64,000 nt of DNA from Octopus sinensis (Eukaryota): positions 79,794,001-79,858,000 of the forward strand of contig NC_043001.1 in NCBI RefSeq assembly GCF_006345805.1, read 5' to 3'. Both the position numbers and the translations under genes were made by a program. Below are positions 25,469 through 40,244 of the stretch, piece after piece; position 1 is the first letter of the stretch, and every line of letters starts with the position of its first letter. Below the pieces are notes generated by a model that saw only the letters and a program-made list of their open reading frames with translations, made no database searches and was not told the DNA's origin.

Positions 25469-28400
25469 TCGAGCAGGCAGAATAACTAGGAACCTGGACC
25501 AGATCTTTAGTGTCATATCTTCCGACTTTACGGTCCGAGTTCAAAATCCACCGGGGTGACTTTACCTTTCTTCTTTTCTGGATCGATAAAATAAGTACCA
25601 TTGAAGTACTGGTGTCAATGTAATCAATTTACCTCCCCACCCCAACAAAAATGTCTAGCCTTGCATTTATAGTAAAAGAATTACCACCCACCTTACGCTA
25701 CTAGAACCATACGGTGTCCATGTAATGTAGTGTTTCTGAGCCAGGATCCATATGATCGCTGGAGTCCGCATGATCCCTGGATGTCCATCTAAGATTTTGG
25801 TGACTCCACTCTAGCAATGTAGTAAATTGGGGATACACAGTACTATTTTAAGTGTCTGTTACATGTTGCAAGAAACAGCCAAGTTTCTTTCTCTGACATT
25901 TTACATATTTCAACTTATATAAGTAAACGAGTGAAAATCAAAAGAGAAATTTTGCAAAAAATATCTATAAAAATATATTTTAAACGTCGAATGGTTATGG
26001 GGATCCACCAGAATAAAACAGTAATTGAAGGGGTTTATGATAAAAATATTAGTTGAGACTCGCCAGTGGAAAGTATAGGAAGATTTTTTCCCGTACAACG
26101 TTGGAAGATCAATTAGATATTTTTCTTGGTATAGTTCATGTAATAGCATTCCTCAAACGATATAGTCTTCACTATATTTTGACACTGGGAAGACTGAAAT
26201 CACTTAAAAGAAGTGCATTGATGTTTTGGTCTAATTTGGTTAACACCACTTTTAACACTTTCTCTTTCGCTCTTCAAAGTCTATCTCCACATGTTTTGAA
26301 GCAACTTTCGGGTGATATTTTCTAAATATAACTACTTAATTTATATGTTTTATTAGCATTTCAGAAGTGTTTTATATAAAATTGTAACCTGATTCGTATA
26401 GGAGAAATTATGATTGATGCAAGTTTAAATCATTAGTTCTCTACGTACGTTTCACTGTTGTGATTTTGGAACACCTGCACGGACGTGTTGACAGATATGT
26501 GTAAGCATATGTATGTAGATGCGCTCGCGCGTCTGTTCGCGTAAATATGCATCCATATGTATGGTCCTGTGTCAATACAAGTATGCTGGTGTGTTAATAA
26601 AATATCCTGAAGTATCTCTACTTAAAATTTTCAGTTTCATTATAGCTATGTAATCAGCGACAGTGGTGTTCCTTTATTAATATATTAAATATGTTAAAAC
26701 ATAGCTATTCGCTCTACAGTTATCGTTAACTCGTCTTGTTAAAAAAGGGAAAATGCCGAAATTGAAACATATTGTTTAAGTCCGCATGTAAAATCTGAGC
26801 TTACATTTTAAAGTTTATCGTCTTCAAAATGAGCTTGTAAAAGAGCGTGACAAGTTTATGATTGAACGAAAAGTTTTTATCTAAGGCTCATCAGACGTAT
26901 AAGAATTTAAATTTAGTTTTCAACAGTCACTGAGATTACATTGGTATACTGCATTTCTGATATATACAGAAAGTTTATTTAAAATAGTTTATGAACGAAG
27001 ATTTAGTTTCATTCTTCGACTAGTCGATTAAATTTGTATTTGGAGTCTCATATTTTAGGCGAGTGTTATTCTTACTCATTTTCTCTACTTATGGATGACT
27101 GTCAAGTGATACCATCTCTACATAAACTTATTCTCCCTGACACCTATGTAACTTAATTTCTTGCTACTGTTTCCGAAGAAGTTTCCTCCATACAAGGCAT
27201 TTTTCTCAAAACATTTGCTATTGAGTCAGCACGGAGATTTTGTAGTTACTTTTAGAGATGATATTTTATACTTGGCGTTTTTCTTTTGTATGCAAGATTT
27301 CTCCTAATTGTGTTTGCTAAATGATAAAGATGGTAGCAGCTCCCCATAACATTATTATCGTTTTTTAATGGAAAATCTTGTGCATTTTATGATTATCAGA
27401 AAATGACTACTTCAATAATTTCCTAATAATCTTAAAATGCACACGATTAAGACAAACGGGCAGTATTATGGAAAAACGGGAAGTTTAGGAAAACCGGACA
27501 ACTTAGGAAAAACGGACAGTATTAGAGCTAACTTTCAAAATTTAAGGTGGTTTGTACCAAATTATCATTCTATACAGAGTATCATTGGTATTAGTAGAAG
27601 TGCTACTTTCTAGAACTATGTATTGTATTTTCATTACAAAATCACTTTTACTTAAAACCTCATTGTTATATTACATAACTTGATTAAATGACATTTATTC
27701 AACGATAACAAGTTATACAGTTATACATGAGGAAAGATGCTACAGAATTATTTCTCAGAAATTAAGTTTAGTAGCATGCCCACTTAACGTAATTCTGAGA
27801 TTAAAACTATTCAGACCATTAATTAGGTCCCTTCTAAGTCTTTGTAACTGGCGACAGTCTATATCATGGATTAAATTTAATCCGTCATCAATTTAAAGGC
27901 CGAGTTCCATTAACTCAAATTTAGCCTAGAGTTTTCCAAAGTAAACAACCCAATTAGATTATAAATTTCAAATCAAATATCTGATAGAATATCGAGCCAT
28001 TCTGTATCATTCCATTTGATTGAGATCGATTGCACAATCGAAACACTAATATGCATAAATGTTCTCTTTTAAACCAGATAAACCAGATAGACATAATGTA
28101 AGACGGCTGTCTTATATTATATCTGCTAAAATATACTGAACATTTCATATAGAAGAAACGCTGCCATGGTTCCGTTAACTTTTACCTTTTACTTATTTCA
28201 GTCACTGGACTTTGGTCATCCTAGGGCTCACATTAATGTGCTTTTATTGTTTGGTACTTATACAATCGATCTCTTTTGTCGGACTTGTAAGTTACGAGGA
28301 TGTAAACTGACCAACACCGGCTGCCATGTGGTGCTATGACTCATAGCACATATGCAAATATACAGCGGACTTCCACACAGGTTCCGTCTGCAGAATTCAC

Positions 28401-28616
28401 CACAAGGCATTGGTCGGTCTGGGCTTGTAGTACAAGACACTTGCCTATGGTACTGCGCAGTTGGACTGAATCTAAAACCACGTGCTTGCATCCTTAACTA
28501 TCTATATCCGACATTGGTTACACAGAATAATTTACAGAGCAGGGACTTATTACTGCATCCGATTTCAGTCATATTAAACTCTCTTCTCCTATGAAAATTA
28601 TTGCTATTTTTAATGT

Positions 28617-28920
28617 GAAGGTACGTGACTTAATGGCTAGGGTATTCGCCTCAGAGTTTTAAGGTCATGATTTCTATTTCCGGCGTCGCGTTGTGTCCTT
28701 GAGCAAGACACTTAATTTCATGTTGCTCCAGTCCGCTTAATTGGCGAAGATGAGATGCACCCGTAATTCAAAGGCCCGTAATTCGTAGTTGCTTTTACAT
28801 CAGGCTGAATTTTCCTGAGAACTACGTAGAGAGTACGCGTGTCTGTGGAGTGCTCAGCTCCTTGCAAATTAATCTCACGGACAGGTTATTCCGTTGATCA
28901 GATCAACTGGACTCCTCGTC
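28617..28920 (+). mobile_element. tRNA-derived SINE family C
   Basis: Head followed by gtgtccttgagcaagacactt...ttgctccagtcc...gagaactacgt...gatcaactgg. Homologous to 29263-29550 and 40890-41190. Confidence 0.8.
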
Positions 28921-29169
28921 TTAATCAGCTATTCTTATAATAACTTCATCATGTCTTATTAAAAATAACCAATTTACATATTTTTCATATTTTCTAACTT
29001 TTAATATTTCGGTGTGCTGTCATAGTTTTCACGTCATCTACTATTTTGGAATCCAAGCAAACCTGTTACAAATATGTTTAGGGGTTAGGCAAAAGGGATC
29101 GTGAGGTATAAAACAAATATGACTGTGCCCCAGCCTGTCCGCAGTCTAAAGATTGACACAAGTAGTAGT

Positions 29170-29243
<74 letters not shown>

Positions 29244-29262
29244 AATACATACATATAAATAT

Positions 29263-29550
29263 GTGGCTTAGTGGTTAGGGCATTCGTCTCACGATCGTAA
29301 ACTCGTGAGTTCAATTTCCGGCGACGCGTGAGTCCTTGAGCAAGACACTTTATTTCATGTTGCTCTAATCCCCTCATGTGGCAGTACCTGTATTTCAAAG
29401 GGCCAGCGTTGTCACACTGAACCTCCCTAAGAACTGTCTTAAGGGTACACGTGTCTGGGGAATGCTCATCCACTTGCACGTTAATTTCACGAGCAGGCTG
29501 TTCGATTATTCGGATCGATCAACTGCAACCCTCGTCGTCACAACAGAGGG
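29263..29550 (+). mobile_element. tRNA-derived SINE family C
   Basis: gtggcttagtggttagggcattcg...gtgagttcaatttccggcgacgcg...ccttgagcaagacac. Confidence 0.85.
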
Positions 29551-29589
29551 AGTGCGATTATATATATATACACACATTGGACGCACTGT

Positions 29590-32070
29590 CTGATCTCATT
29601 GCCTCTTCTAGGGAACTAACTCAGATTTTTCTCTATTATTCTTTTCTAATACTAAAGCTGGGCTAAATCTAATGGACTCAAATATGATGGCTCTTTTTAG
29701 GGCGTACCACCAGTTATTATTGTTGTTGGATCCGGTCAATACCATTTGCACTAGATCCTTGATTCGGTCTCTGTAGACTTTGCACGCCAAGAATGACATG
29801 TTCAGCTTCCATAAACCGGGGCTCTATCTACAGAATCTATGTAAGTCTAGCTTACAGATCACAAATTGGTGACCCATATAGTTGACGATGTGAAATAGTG
29901 GACAGTTAAAGTTAATACGACCTGATAACATTATAAAAACTCTATCTAGGTAAGACCTAGATGACCCGATGTTATTGGTCCATGCCCACATTAGAGCAGT
30001 CGAGTAATCCATTCTAAACCTGTCAGCCAGTTGAAAGCGACTGAGCAAGTTAGCGAGGAATGGGTCTCATTTTCTATCTGTATTCAAGCCAACATAATCC
30101 ACACGTGCATCTAAAGTGCGCGAGTACCAAGGAAGGTCTCTAGACGCCTGAAGTAGTCTGACTGCTCAGTGTCATTTGGTGCATAGACAGCGACCAGTCT
30201 GTAAGAGCTACAACTACTACGATTCACATCAAGGACGACCAGCTTGCTTTCTGGGTCTGCAAAGATTGTTCTGATCTCTAAATCCATGTGTTTTCTGAGT
30301 AAGACCGCAGTTCCCACCACCACAAACTCTGGACTTGCATGGAGATACGTAGATCTCGTAGCCATCGAAGAGGAGCAGGAAGGCCTTCGGCCTGATCAGC
30401 CAAATTCCGCTAGTGAGTATCTCATCTAGGTTCCATGACCTGGGATCGTTTAGCGAGCGTGTTTGCTTACAGTACGATCGCAGGCCACGCACATTCACGC
30501 TGGCAAGCTTGAGCGAGACCATGAGAGGAGAGGGAAGAAAAGTTTACTTACTCTTACTCTTCTGGGAAGGATGTAGGTAAATCCTCTCTTCCCATTGTAG
30601 CTTGTGTGGGCATCCTCCATTAAATTAAGATACATATATTTTGTGAAAGCCAGCTGCAGGTGTCCAACATCGTCAGATTTCTCATTTAATTCAATGTTTG
30701 AATGATTGTCTATGCGGATAAACTGGATGTGGTTGGGTATTTGGAGGTGTGAGGTGGGAGTTTTGAATGTGGTGATGAAGGGATTCTTGTACGTATCTTC
30801 AACTAATGAAATAGTGTTGGTATTCCTGGATGTGAGGTCGATGACAGTCTCTAGGGGTAGTGGTGCTGAAGTTTGTGATTCTTGTGTAAGCGTGTGGGAC
30901 TGTGCGTGCAGGAGGATGTGTGTCTGTGGACTGGAGGGCTGTTGGGGAACTGTTTTTCCTTTTGTGATTTTTTCTTCGCTCCTTTCGAGGTCGGTCGCGT
31001 CTGAGGTGTGGTCTTCTGTGGTAGTTGTGTGTCCTTGACTGTGATGTTACTGGGGGAATTTTAGGTTGTCGTTTTCTTCGCTCCCTTAGTAGAGTCGTTA
31101 GTCTTTGCTGCTAGGGCTGAGCTTGTATGTTTAGTGGTTTAGGGGATTGTGAGCCATAGCATTAGTTTCACCGTTCGCAGTTGAGTATTCAGGCTGTGTA
31201 AGATCGTTAGGTGGAGGGTGACCCTTTGATGATTGTTCCAGTGGGTATGTGGGCCTGATGTAACCTTACTGCGCACTGTAACACGTAGTGTTGTTTCATC
31301 GGATAATTTAATCAGTTCTGGGATGTATTCCAGATTCTTGTGGATTGCATGGATAAGGATTTCCAGGCGCCCACCAGTTTTGTTGATGTAGGTTGGTGAC
31401 TTGCAGAAGAGATATTTTATTTTCTACGTCCCACAGGACAGCCGCTACCAGCCACACTACATCAATCTCTGGTGGAACCTCCCCTATTTTTTATTTTTGA
31501 GGTTCTCTTGCCCGGGTAAATGGGTAATAATACCAGCTCTGATGATTTTAAGGGAACTGTGGAATATTTTTTTGCTTCTTCTTCGGTCGCAAACCTAATG
31601 TCCACAGTGCTGTATATTTTTCCTATCGCAACACAGGAAGAGTTTTTCCATATTGCTTGTAAGTATTTTTCAATGCTTTCCTTTTCTTCGTTTTTACAAA
31701 AAGCGTCTGGTATATGATCGTTTTTTTAATGTTTGTCATATGTATGATTTCGCCGGGTGGTGTTAGATTCACATTGGTTCCATCACGTTTTAAAAAAACT
31801 TTTGTATTTTTCAAGTTCTGTTGGGTTAATGCTTATAGTGTCATGGTTCACAGTCGCTACAAACGTGAAACCGCGGCTGTTCCGTTTGTTTGGGGTTTCT
31901 TGGTGGTTGGTGTTATGAATTAGGGTGTCCTTGGCAGAATTTTTCATCCTGTCCTGGGCAGAGAAGGGCAGGGAGCATTTCTTGGTACAGTTCGTTGAGC
32001 AGGTTGTCATAAACTTGGACATTAGGGACGTTACCTTCGCCTTGGCTGGAAGCCAAGATGCAGAGATTAA
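29590..32070 (-). mobile_element. 5' half of a Tx1/L1-type LINE: decayed gag-like ORF1 and APE endonuclease, RT missing
   Basis: The APE start MVSLKLASVNVRGLR is at 30522, followed by GTAVLLRK, LVVLDV, YRLVAVYAPN and WTNNIGSSRSYLDRVFI. ORF1 fragments run from ~32022 to ~30600, with a decayed zinc-knuckle-like CYSAQ*GYIRPTYP near 31230-31270. Confidence 0.8.
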
Positions 32071-32659
32071 TTGTGTAAAAATTTACACTTGAAAATGTAC
32101 ATTTCACCCCTGAAAATGTACATTTCACCCCTGAAAAGGGGAAATTCCTGGCACGATACTTTAACTACTAGGCAGGTTTAGAATCGAAAATCCACAAAAT
32201 TAGGAATGGATGAACACAGATTCGGTAAAGTAAATAGCAACACTTACCAGCAGATAAAAAAACCATGTCCGTTCAGCAGAAATTGGCGGACAATCATACG
32301 TTGTCTAAGGACGGGAGATTCTTTGTTATATGTATATATGTGTGTGCGTGTATGTGTATGTGTGCGTGTGTGTATTCATGTGCTTCTAATAGTTTCATAT
32401 GCTGAGAAATATCTCAAACATATTCATCTTCCTCAGGCATAAACCACATATCGTAACGAAGTAAAAATTATATGTAGCTTCATGAATATGTTATGTATCT
32501 CAATACTTAAAACTATTTGTTGGCTATAAAAGCATGTATTGCGTATATTAACATTTATCTCTCACCAGATGGAGTACTTTTTTCTGTTCATCTTACCTTC
32601 ACGGAATGGAACATCATATATATACATACATACATACATACATATATATATATGTATAT

Positions 32660-32752
<93 letters not shown>

Positions 32753-33382
32753 TGTATGTATGTATATAGTGTGCGTGTGTATTTATATACATATACGAAT
32801 CATTCTCCGACGTGAGTATTTCTCAGTCTACTTCTGCCTCGATCTTTCGTTTACATCGTTTTGAGATGGACCTAAATGAAACAAACGTTTCTGTCTATAA
32901 AATTGACATAGCATAGTAGTGAGTCTGACACAGCGTGTGCAACTAAGAAAATAATAGTTTTGTTGTTGCTATCCAATCAACCACCTCCACGGGCAATATC
33001 TTATCCAATCGAAACGCAACCAATCGGAATCACCATCGACAACAATCTACTCAGTTTGCTAAATAAATATATAAAGAAAGAAAAAAAGAAAGAAAGGAAG
33101 GAAGGAAGAAAGAAAGAAAAAAATAAGAAACCAATAAAGAGATAAACAAATAGAACTACGAACCAACAAAGAAAATCGCAATTTATGATCAAATACATTA
33201 TAGATCATTTAGATCTATCAAACATCTTAATTTCCAGGTTATTGTTCCCAGAGCAATCTCGGAGACTTTACTGTTTGACATAGTCATTGTAATTCCACCA
33301 ATCAACTATGGCTTCCATGAAATTATTTCTTTGCATTCATATAAAAAAAATATGTGTACTATATACATACATAGACAAGAAT

Positions 33383-33485
<103 letters not shown>

Positions 33486-33618
33486 CTATATATGTGTGTA
33501 TCTATGTATGTATATCCTTACATATACAAATGTATAATTTTGTATATACTTAAATATATTCATATAAGTGTATATACATAAATTCATATATATATGTATG
33601 TATATATATATAATACAT

Positions 33619-33668
<50 letters not shown>

Positions 33669-34715
33669 GCATATATTTATATGCGTGTGTATAATAGATC
33701 ATATTATCATATATCATATTGTATGTGTATATATATATATATATATTTGCACATCTCCAGACACGGACATACATTATGTGTATATGTCTACAAGTATGTG
33801 TGTGCGCGTATGCGTATGTGTGCGTGTGTGGATGTTGGTGTGTTATATATTGTATATACGTATATCCATATCAATGATTTTCTATGTAAACATCGATATG
33901 TGTGTAATGGTGCATAAACACCCACACACGCACAAACAGGTATATATGTGTGTATTTATGTGAGAATCATGGGTATGTGTTAGTGCTGATATATTCATGT
34001 GTGAGTATATGTGTAGAATTGTTTCACAATGGATAAACATTTCTGTTTGGCTTACCACGTATGTATGAATGTGTAGGCGTGTATGCATATGTATATTAGT
34101 GCATATGTGTATATGTGTATACGTCCTGTGTATATGTGTATATGTGTATACGTCATTGTGTAGCACATCCTGTAACTGTTTTTTTCGTTTTCTTGTTTTT
34201 TGTTTTTTTGTTTTTCCCGTTTCTACGTCTTATTGTGGTGTCCTGTACTCACGTATAATTATTTATATATGCATGTATATATACATGTAGATGTAGGTAC
34301 GTACATATATGTTTTTATGTATGCATATATTTTTATTTATCACATATATATATATATTTGTGTGTGTGTCTATGCGAGTTATGAATGAAAGTGATTTAAT
34401 AATGTAGAGGCGTTTGTGCCTTTTTAATAATATTCACTATAAATACCTAAACAATTATATAAATAAGGGACATAGCAAAATAATACAATAAAAAACTCAG
34501 AGAATACATATTATTGAAAAAATCTAGTACTGCTGTTACTAGTAAATCTGTTCTGATGCAGTGGCTGCTACTGCTGCTGATACTAATCCTACTACTACTA
34601 ATTATAACAATAATGATACTGATACTATTAATACCAATACTGATAATATTTTTGCTGCTGCTGTTACTACTACCACTAGTGCTGCTGCTGCTACTACTAC
34701 TACAAATGTTTCTTA

Positions 34716-34945
34716 TTTCTTTATTGCTTACAAGGGGTTAAACATAGAGGGGACAAACAAGGACAGACAAAGGGATTAAGTCGATTACATCGACACTAGT
34801 ACGTAACTGGTACTTATTTAATCGGCCCCGAAAGGATGAAAAGTAAAGTCGACCTCGGTGGAATTTACACTCAGGACGTAGCGGAGACGAAATACCACGA
34901 AGCATTTCGCCCGACGTGCTAATGTTTCTGCCAGCTCACCGCCTT
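34716..34945 (-). mobile_element. SINE family B
   Basis: Reverse complement of the 18001-18236 consensus (gtcgacctcggtggaattt, gcatttcgcccgacgtgctaa). Confidence 0.85.
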
Positions 34946-35194
34946 ACTACAAATATTTCTACCACCACTAATAATATCACTACAAAAAATAACATTAATA
35001 ATAATATTTTCAACTATAGGCACAAGTCCAGCATGTTCGAGGTGGGGATAGTCGACTACATCAACCTCGGTGAGCAACTGGTACTTAATTTATCAACTCC
35101 AAAGTGATGAAAGCTAAATTCGACCTCGGCGGAATTTGTGCTCAGAACACGAAGACGGACGAAATATTGCTAAACATTCTGCCAGTTCACCACC

Positions 35195-35267
<73 letters not shown>

Positions 35268-35298
35268 TAATAATAATAATAATAATAATAATAATATT

Positions 35299-35850
35299 AA
35301 ATGCCCTGATGCAGTACCAGACAGTGGCTCTCGAGGCTTCTGATGTTAACTGATTGGAAGTGTTATCATGTACATTGGTATAAAAGATGGACACAGCAAA
35401 TATTCTGCTGAATACCACAGATTTGCTTGTCAGTTGTTTGACATTAACCAGTTGAGCATGTCCCTTAGAGGCTGACTATATGTGCATCTCTGATCAAGAG
35501 CAGAAGTAGTAGGGGAGCATCGTAGCCGTGTGTTGAAAGGAATTTTTGGAGGTTTGGATGATTCACCTTTTGGAAACATGGGTGCTTCATTCAACATCCT
35601 TAAACAATCCTTATTCAGGGACCTTTTGAGCGGGATGGGCTACTTGACTTGAAGAAAATTCTAACTGGGGCAGACCTGCAAGGTCATGCACTGTTTATCT
35701 TGATATGAGATCACCATGTCGCACACATATGGTTGTGATGCATGTGCCTAGTGTACCCTTATCAGACGGGTAGTCATGATGGGTATACTGGGCTTCGTAT
35801 ATTTTACCCCAGTGTTACTTTGATGGCATGCACTGCTCTCTCGCTCACTC
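35299..35850 (+). mobile_element. Full-length ~550-bp non-coding element flanked by (AAT)n on both sides
   Basis: (AAT)n at 35195-35295 and 35851-35935. Second copy at 22467-22970. Confidence 0.8.
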
Positions 35851-35863
35851 AATAATAATAATG

Positions 35864-35927
<64 letters not shown>

Positions 35928-36165
35928 TAATAATAATCGCTTTATGTGGAACGACTCATGTACTGAGAAGGGCATTATCGCTGTGAAAACCACATCCATT
36001 CATGAATTTATTTATTAAATTTTTTTAATAAATATTTTACCTGTGAATTTGCGTGTGTAATCTAGGAATGCAAGAATGAGGTTCTCTGACCTAGGTGTAC
36101 GGAAAACACTCGGCGAGAAATGGAAGAAATTTTGAAGAAGGAAAATATATAATGATATAGTAGTA

Positions 36166-36215
<50 letters not shown>

Positions 36216-36339
36216 ACGATGATAAAGTTGACCACAATGATACTGATGATGATATAGATGATTACCAGAAAAATAATAAAAGCAATGAAGAATATAAAAA
36301 AAAAATGCTAACAATACGAGTATGAAATAATATAAAGAA

Positions 36340-36530
36340 ACATGAATGGTAAATGTACACTTCTTTGTTATGGTCGTTATTATTATTATCGTTGTTGCTG
36401 TTCTTGTTGCGATTATTGGTGTTAGGATTGTTGTTGCTGTTGTTATTATGTGACTTTAGCTGCTATTTAAGAGATGGTGTCACCGATGGTGGTTTATGGC
36501 TTCCCTTGGAATCACCATCCTCAACATCAC

Positions 36531-36580
<50 letters not shown>

Positions 36581-36581
36581 A

Positions 36582-36627
<46 letters not shown>

Positions 36628-36736
36628 TTCATTATCGTCATCGTCGTTGGCGTTATCATCATCAGGGAACATCATCAACATATCATCATTATTCTACCGC
36701 TCCTCCTCCGCCTCCTTCTTCATATTGTTATTATTA

Positions 36737-36809
<73 letters not shown>

Positions 36810-36918
36810 CGTCATCAACATCATCACCAACACCTCCATCATCTTCGTGATCTTCATCACCACCACCACCATCATCATCATCATCATTATCAATGCCCGA
36901 AGTATTTATTATGATTAC

Positions 36919-36971
<53 letters not shown>

Positions 36972-37040
36972 TGTTTTTATTATTATTTTTATCATTATTA
37001 TCATTATTGTTATTATCAAGATTATTATTATTATATTTTG
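36340..37040. repeat. Compound triplet repeats (CAT)n/(TAT)n/(AAT)n
   Basis: Direct reading. Source of the poly-H/S/I/Y ORFs. Confidence 0.95.
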
Positions 37041-37423
37041 TTGTGTGAAGGAAGACGGGCGCTTCCATTACTTGCTTGACTGACCAACGCAGAGAATCTA
37101 GTCAAGGACTAAAGACAAAGTATAAAAAAGTCTAATGGCGGAAAAAATCTTGATAACGGCCTTGAATTATTAGATTTGGTGGCCATTTTCTTTCTCCGGT
37201 GATCCTCCGTCTTCTCTTCTGAACTTTATATCATATTTGAATTTCTTGATATAGATTTACTGCTGGTGTTTTTTTATAATTTTTGGTTTGCTTGGTATTC
37301 TTTAGTCTTTTTATGTATTTATCCTTGTTTGTCCTGTGTTTTTCTTTGTTGTTTTCATATTTTGTTTACTCATCAATATATAAGACATGACGGCAAAGAG
37401 AAGTGTTTTGTATTCTGTGCGTT

Positions 37424-37494
<71 letters not shown>

Positions 37495-37630
37495 GCAGAG
37501 AGAGACAGAGAGACAGAGAGAGACAGAGAGAGACAGAGTGAGACAGAGAGATCATAAAATTTCTTATCTGCTTTATTGATATTCAAATGATTGCTGAAGA
37601 CGACGGTGTCAACGGCGACGAGACGACAAC

Positions 37631-37759
37631 GAAGAAGAAGAAGAAGAAGAAGAAGAAGAAGAAGAAGAAGAAGAAGAAGAAGAAGAAGAAGAAGAAGAAG
37701 AAGAAGAAGAAGAAGAAGAAGAAGAAGAAGAAGAAGAAGAAGAAGAAGAAGAAGAAGAA
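37631..37759. repeat. Pure (GAA)n microsatellite, ~43 units
   Basis: Uninterrupted run. Confidence 0.97.
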
Positions 37760-37984
37760 ACGATGGTTTTGAAAACAAGAAAGCTATGGATCAATGTGTA
37801 AAACAATTGCCAGAAGAAGGTGGAGGTGACGGGTCAATATGGTGGCGATGTAAGGAGGGGATAACAGAGAAGATCGAGACTTAACCATTTAATACGGGCC
37901 TCACCGCCTGAACATTAAGCTTCTTTGGGGTTTGTTAGTTTATTTCTATTGATTTTTCTTTTGTTTTATTTTCCCTTTTCACTC

Positions 37985-38086
<102 letters not shown>

Positions 38087-38306
38087 GAGTTGTTTATATG
38101 CTGCCAGGGATAATATACTATGAGGAAGGAAAACCGGTGTCAGAAAGAGATGACGGAAAAGTGGAAGTGAGAGACAGAGACGTGAGTGAAAGAAGGGACA
38201 AGAATGGGAGGAGAGAGTTGCTGCAAGAGGGACATGAAGAAATGGATATAAGATGCTGGAGGTAAGGGAATGAGAATTGACATGTTATATATATATATAT
38301 ATATAT

Positions 38307-38406
38307 NNNNNNNNNNNNNNNNNNNNNNNNNNNNNNNNNNNNNNNNNNNNNNNNNNNNNNNNNNNNNNNNNNNNNNNNNNNNNNNNNNNNNNNNNNNNNN
38401 NNNNNN
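38307..38406. other. Assembly gap (100 N)
   Basis: Exactly 100 n characters following a (TA)n tract. Confidence 1.
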
Positions 38407-39097
38407 ACAGACAGACAGAGAGATAGGGACAGTGCCAGACATACAGACAGATAACACCTCTACAATGCTACTTCGATTCCTCATTTAAGACAGATTTTGT
38501 GTGCTACACACACAATTGAGACTCAGTTTATAGAGGCCATTAAGACACATTATTTCTATTGAAAGTATACATTTTTTCTGACAGGTATCAATCTTAAGAC
38601 GGAGTAAAATACATATAGGCAGTACTATAGCTGTACTATTAGTTGAGAACATCTTTCAAATCTCTGTTCTTAGTTACACACTTGTAACCTTTTTTACCTT
38701 CAGAGTTGTCATCTATAATTTTTATCTTTACATCAAGAGGCCAAAGCATTTTAGAAACAACTACTTTGAATTGTCCATCAGAAAATACTGGCACACCTAG
38801 AAGTGGTATAACTTTATCTCAGATTTTTGCATTGATGGCGTAGCTGCAGGGTAAGAAGCTTGCTTCCCAAGTATTTGGTGTTGAATTCAGACCTACTGCA
38901 CAGCACAAAGTGTCTCTTCTACTATAGCTCCTGGCCAACTCTTGTAATTGGATTTCGTTGACAGAACCTGTCATACTCATACATGTAGACAGATAAATAG
39001 ACAGACAGACCGATAGATAGATAGAGATAGAGATAGATAGATAAATAGATAGATAGAGAGAGAGAGAGATAGTCAGACAGACAGGATAGATAGATAA

Positions 39098-39182
<85 letters not shown>

Positions 39183-40244
39183 CTAAACTGTCTTGGTGTG
39201 TTTACTGCTATTTGTTTACTGATTTTTGTCCTAATTGTACACATCGCTGGTTAACGCTTCTAACTCGTATATATGTTTCTCTGTGTGTGTGTGTGTGTGT
39301 GTGTGTGAGTGAGTGTGTTTCTGTGTGTGTGTGTACAGAGAGAGGAAGACGTACATATATACATAAATACTTATGCATGTGTGTATGTGTCTATGTGTGT
39401 GTTAAATCTTATTGTTTGTGTTTGTCCCCCACCACCGCTTGAGAACCCGTGTTGGGTTGTTTACGCTCGTGTAACTAAGCGGTTCGGCCAAAAAGTGTTC
39501 ATTTATAAAGAATGATTATCAGGCTGAAAACACGAGTCCTGAGATGGATTCATTCGATTAAACCCTTCGAGGTGGTGTCTCACCATAGCAGCAGTCCAGT
39601 GACTGATAAAAGTAAAAGGCGAAAGACGATTCAAACAAAGAATGCAAAGCGTATTGGGAAGCGATCTCTCTAAAATGAAATGTAAATTACCTCAGCTCAC
39701 CCAACCGCACCTGATACCACTGACATCACCTGACCTTACCTAAACAGATAATAGTCTATTACGAGTGATTCAGACTTTACACTTTCATTGTTCTTAATGA
39801 ATCAAGTTTGCTTCTATATAGTTATCGATTAGATTAGGAATTATTTCTAAAAATCTATCTAAAATGATATTCGTTCTACCTTTCAAATTTGATGATGGTG
39901 CACTATAAAGCAGAGCAAAGAACCTACAGCTTCATTTCAATCCGCAATTCCATTCACTGAAGAAGAGTGTATTCAGATAACAAGCATAGTTTTTTTTTCA
40001 TTGTGGCATGTAAATATTGGGAAATTCGTTACTTTTGTGATTTTTTCCCGTTTTTCGTGTTTTGATCTCGATTGCCAGTCGGTAATTATGACATCCACAC
40101 GAGATGAGGATAATTTTTTATAAGTAACAAAAATATGGTACTTGATATACACAACTTGTCTATACTGTTTGTATACGTACCACTGGCCTGTGATTTATAT
40201 CTTCTAGCTCATTTTTGCTTAGTTTACGTAAGATCACACATACA

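Noticed and set aside
26870-26900. Minus-strand CTGATGA-GCC as an HHR core
   Set aside because: No matching GGC-GAAA, stem III or stem I within range; expected by chance.
35299-35360. HDV-like ribozyme at the 5' end of the (TAA)n-associated element
   Set aside because: Some pairings exist (GCCCTGA/TCGAGGC; CCA/TGG in the 22970 copy), but L3 lacks the pyrimidine-rich consensus, no GG follows P1 for P1.1, and P2 is at most 4 bp.
38307-38406. Junction across the N run as a biological rearrangement
   Set aside because: Standard 100-N scaffold gap; adjacency and distance across it are not established.
39955-39990. CTGAAGA-A-GAGT-gt-ATTC as an HHR core
   Set aside because: Not followed by GAAA or NUH, and no stem I.
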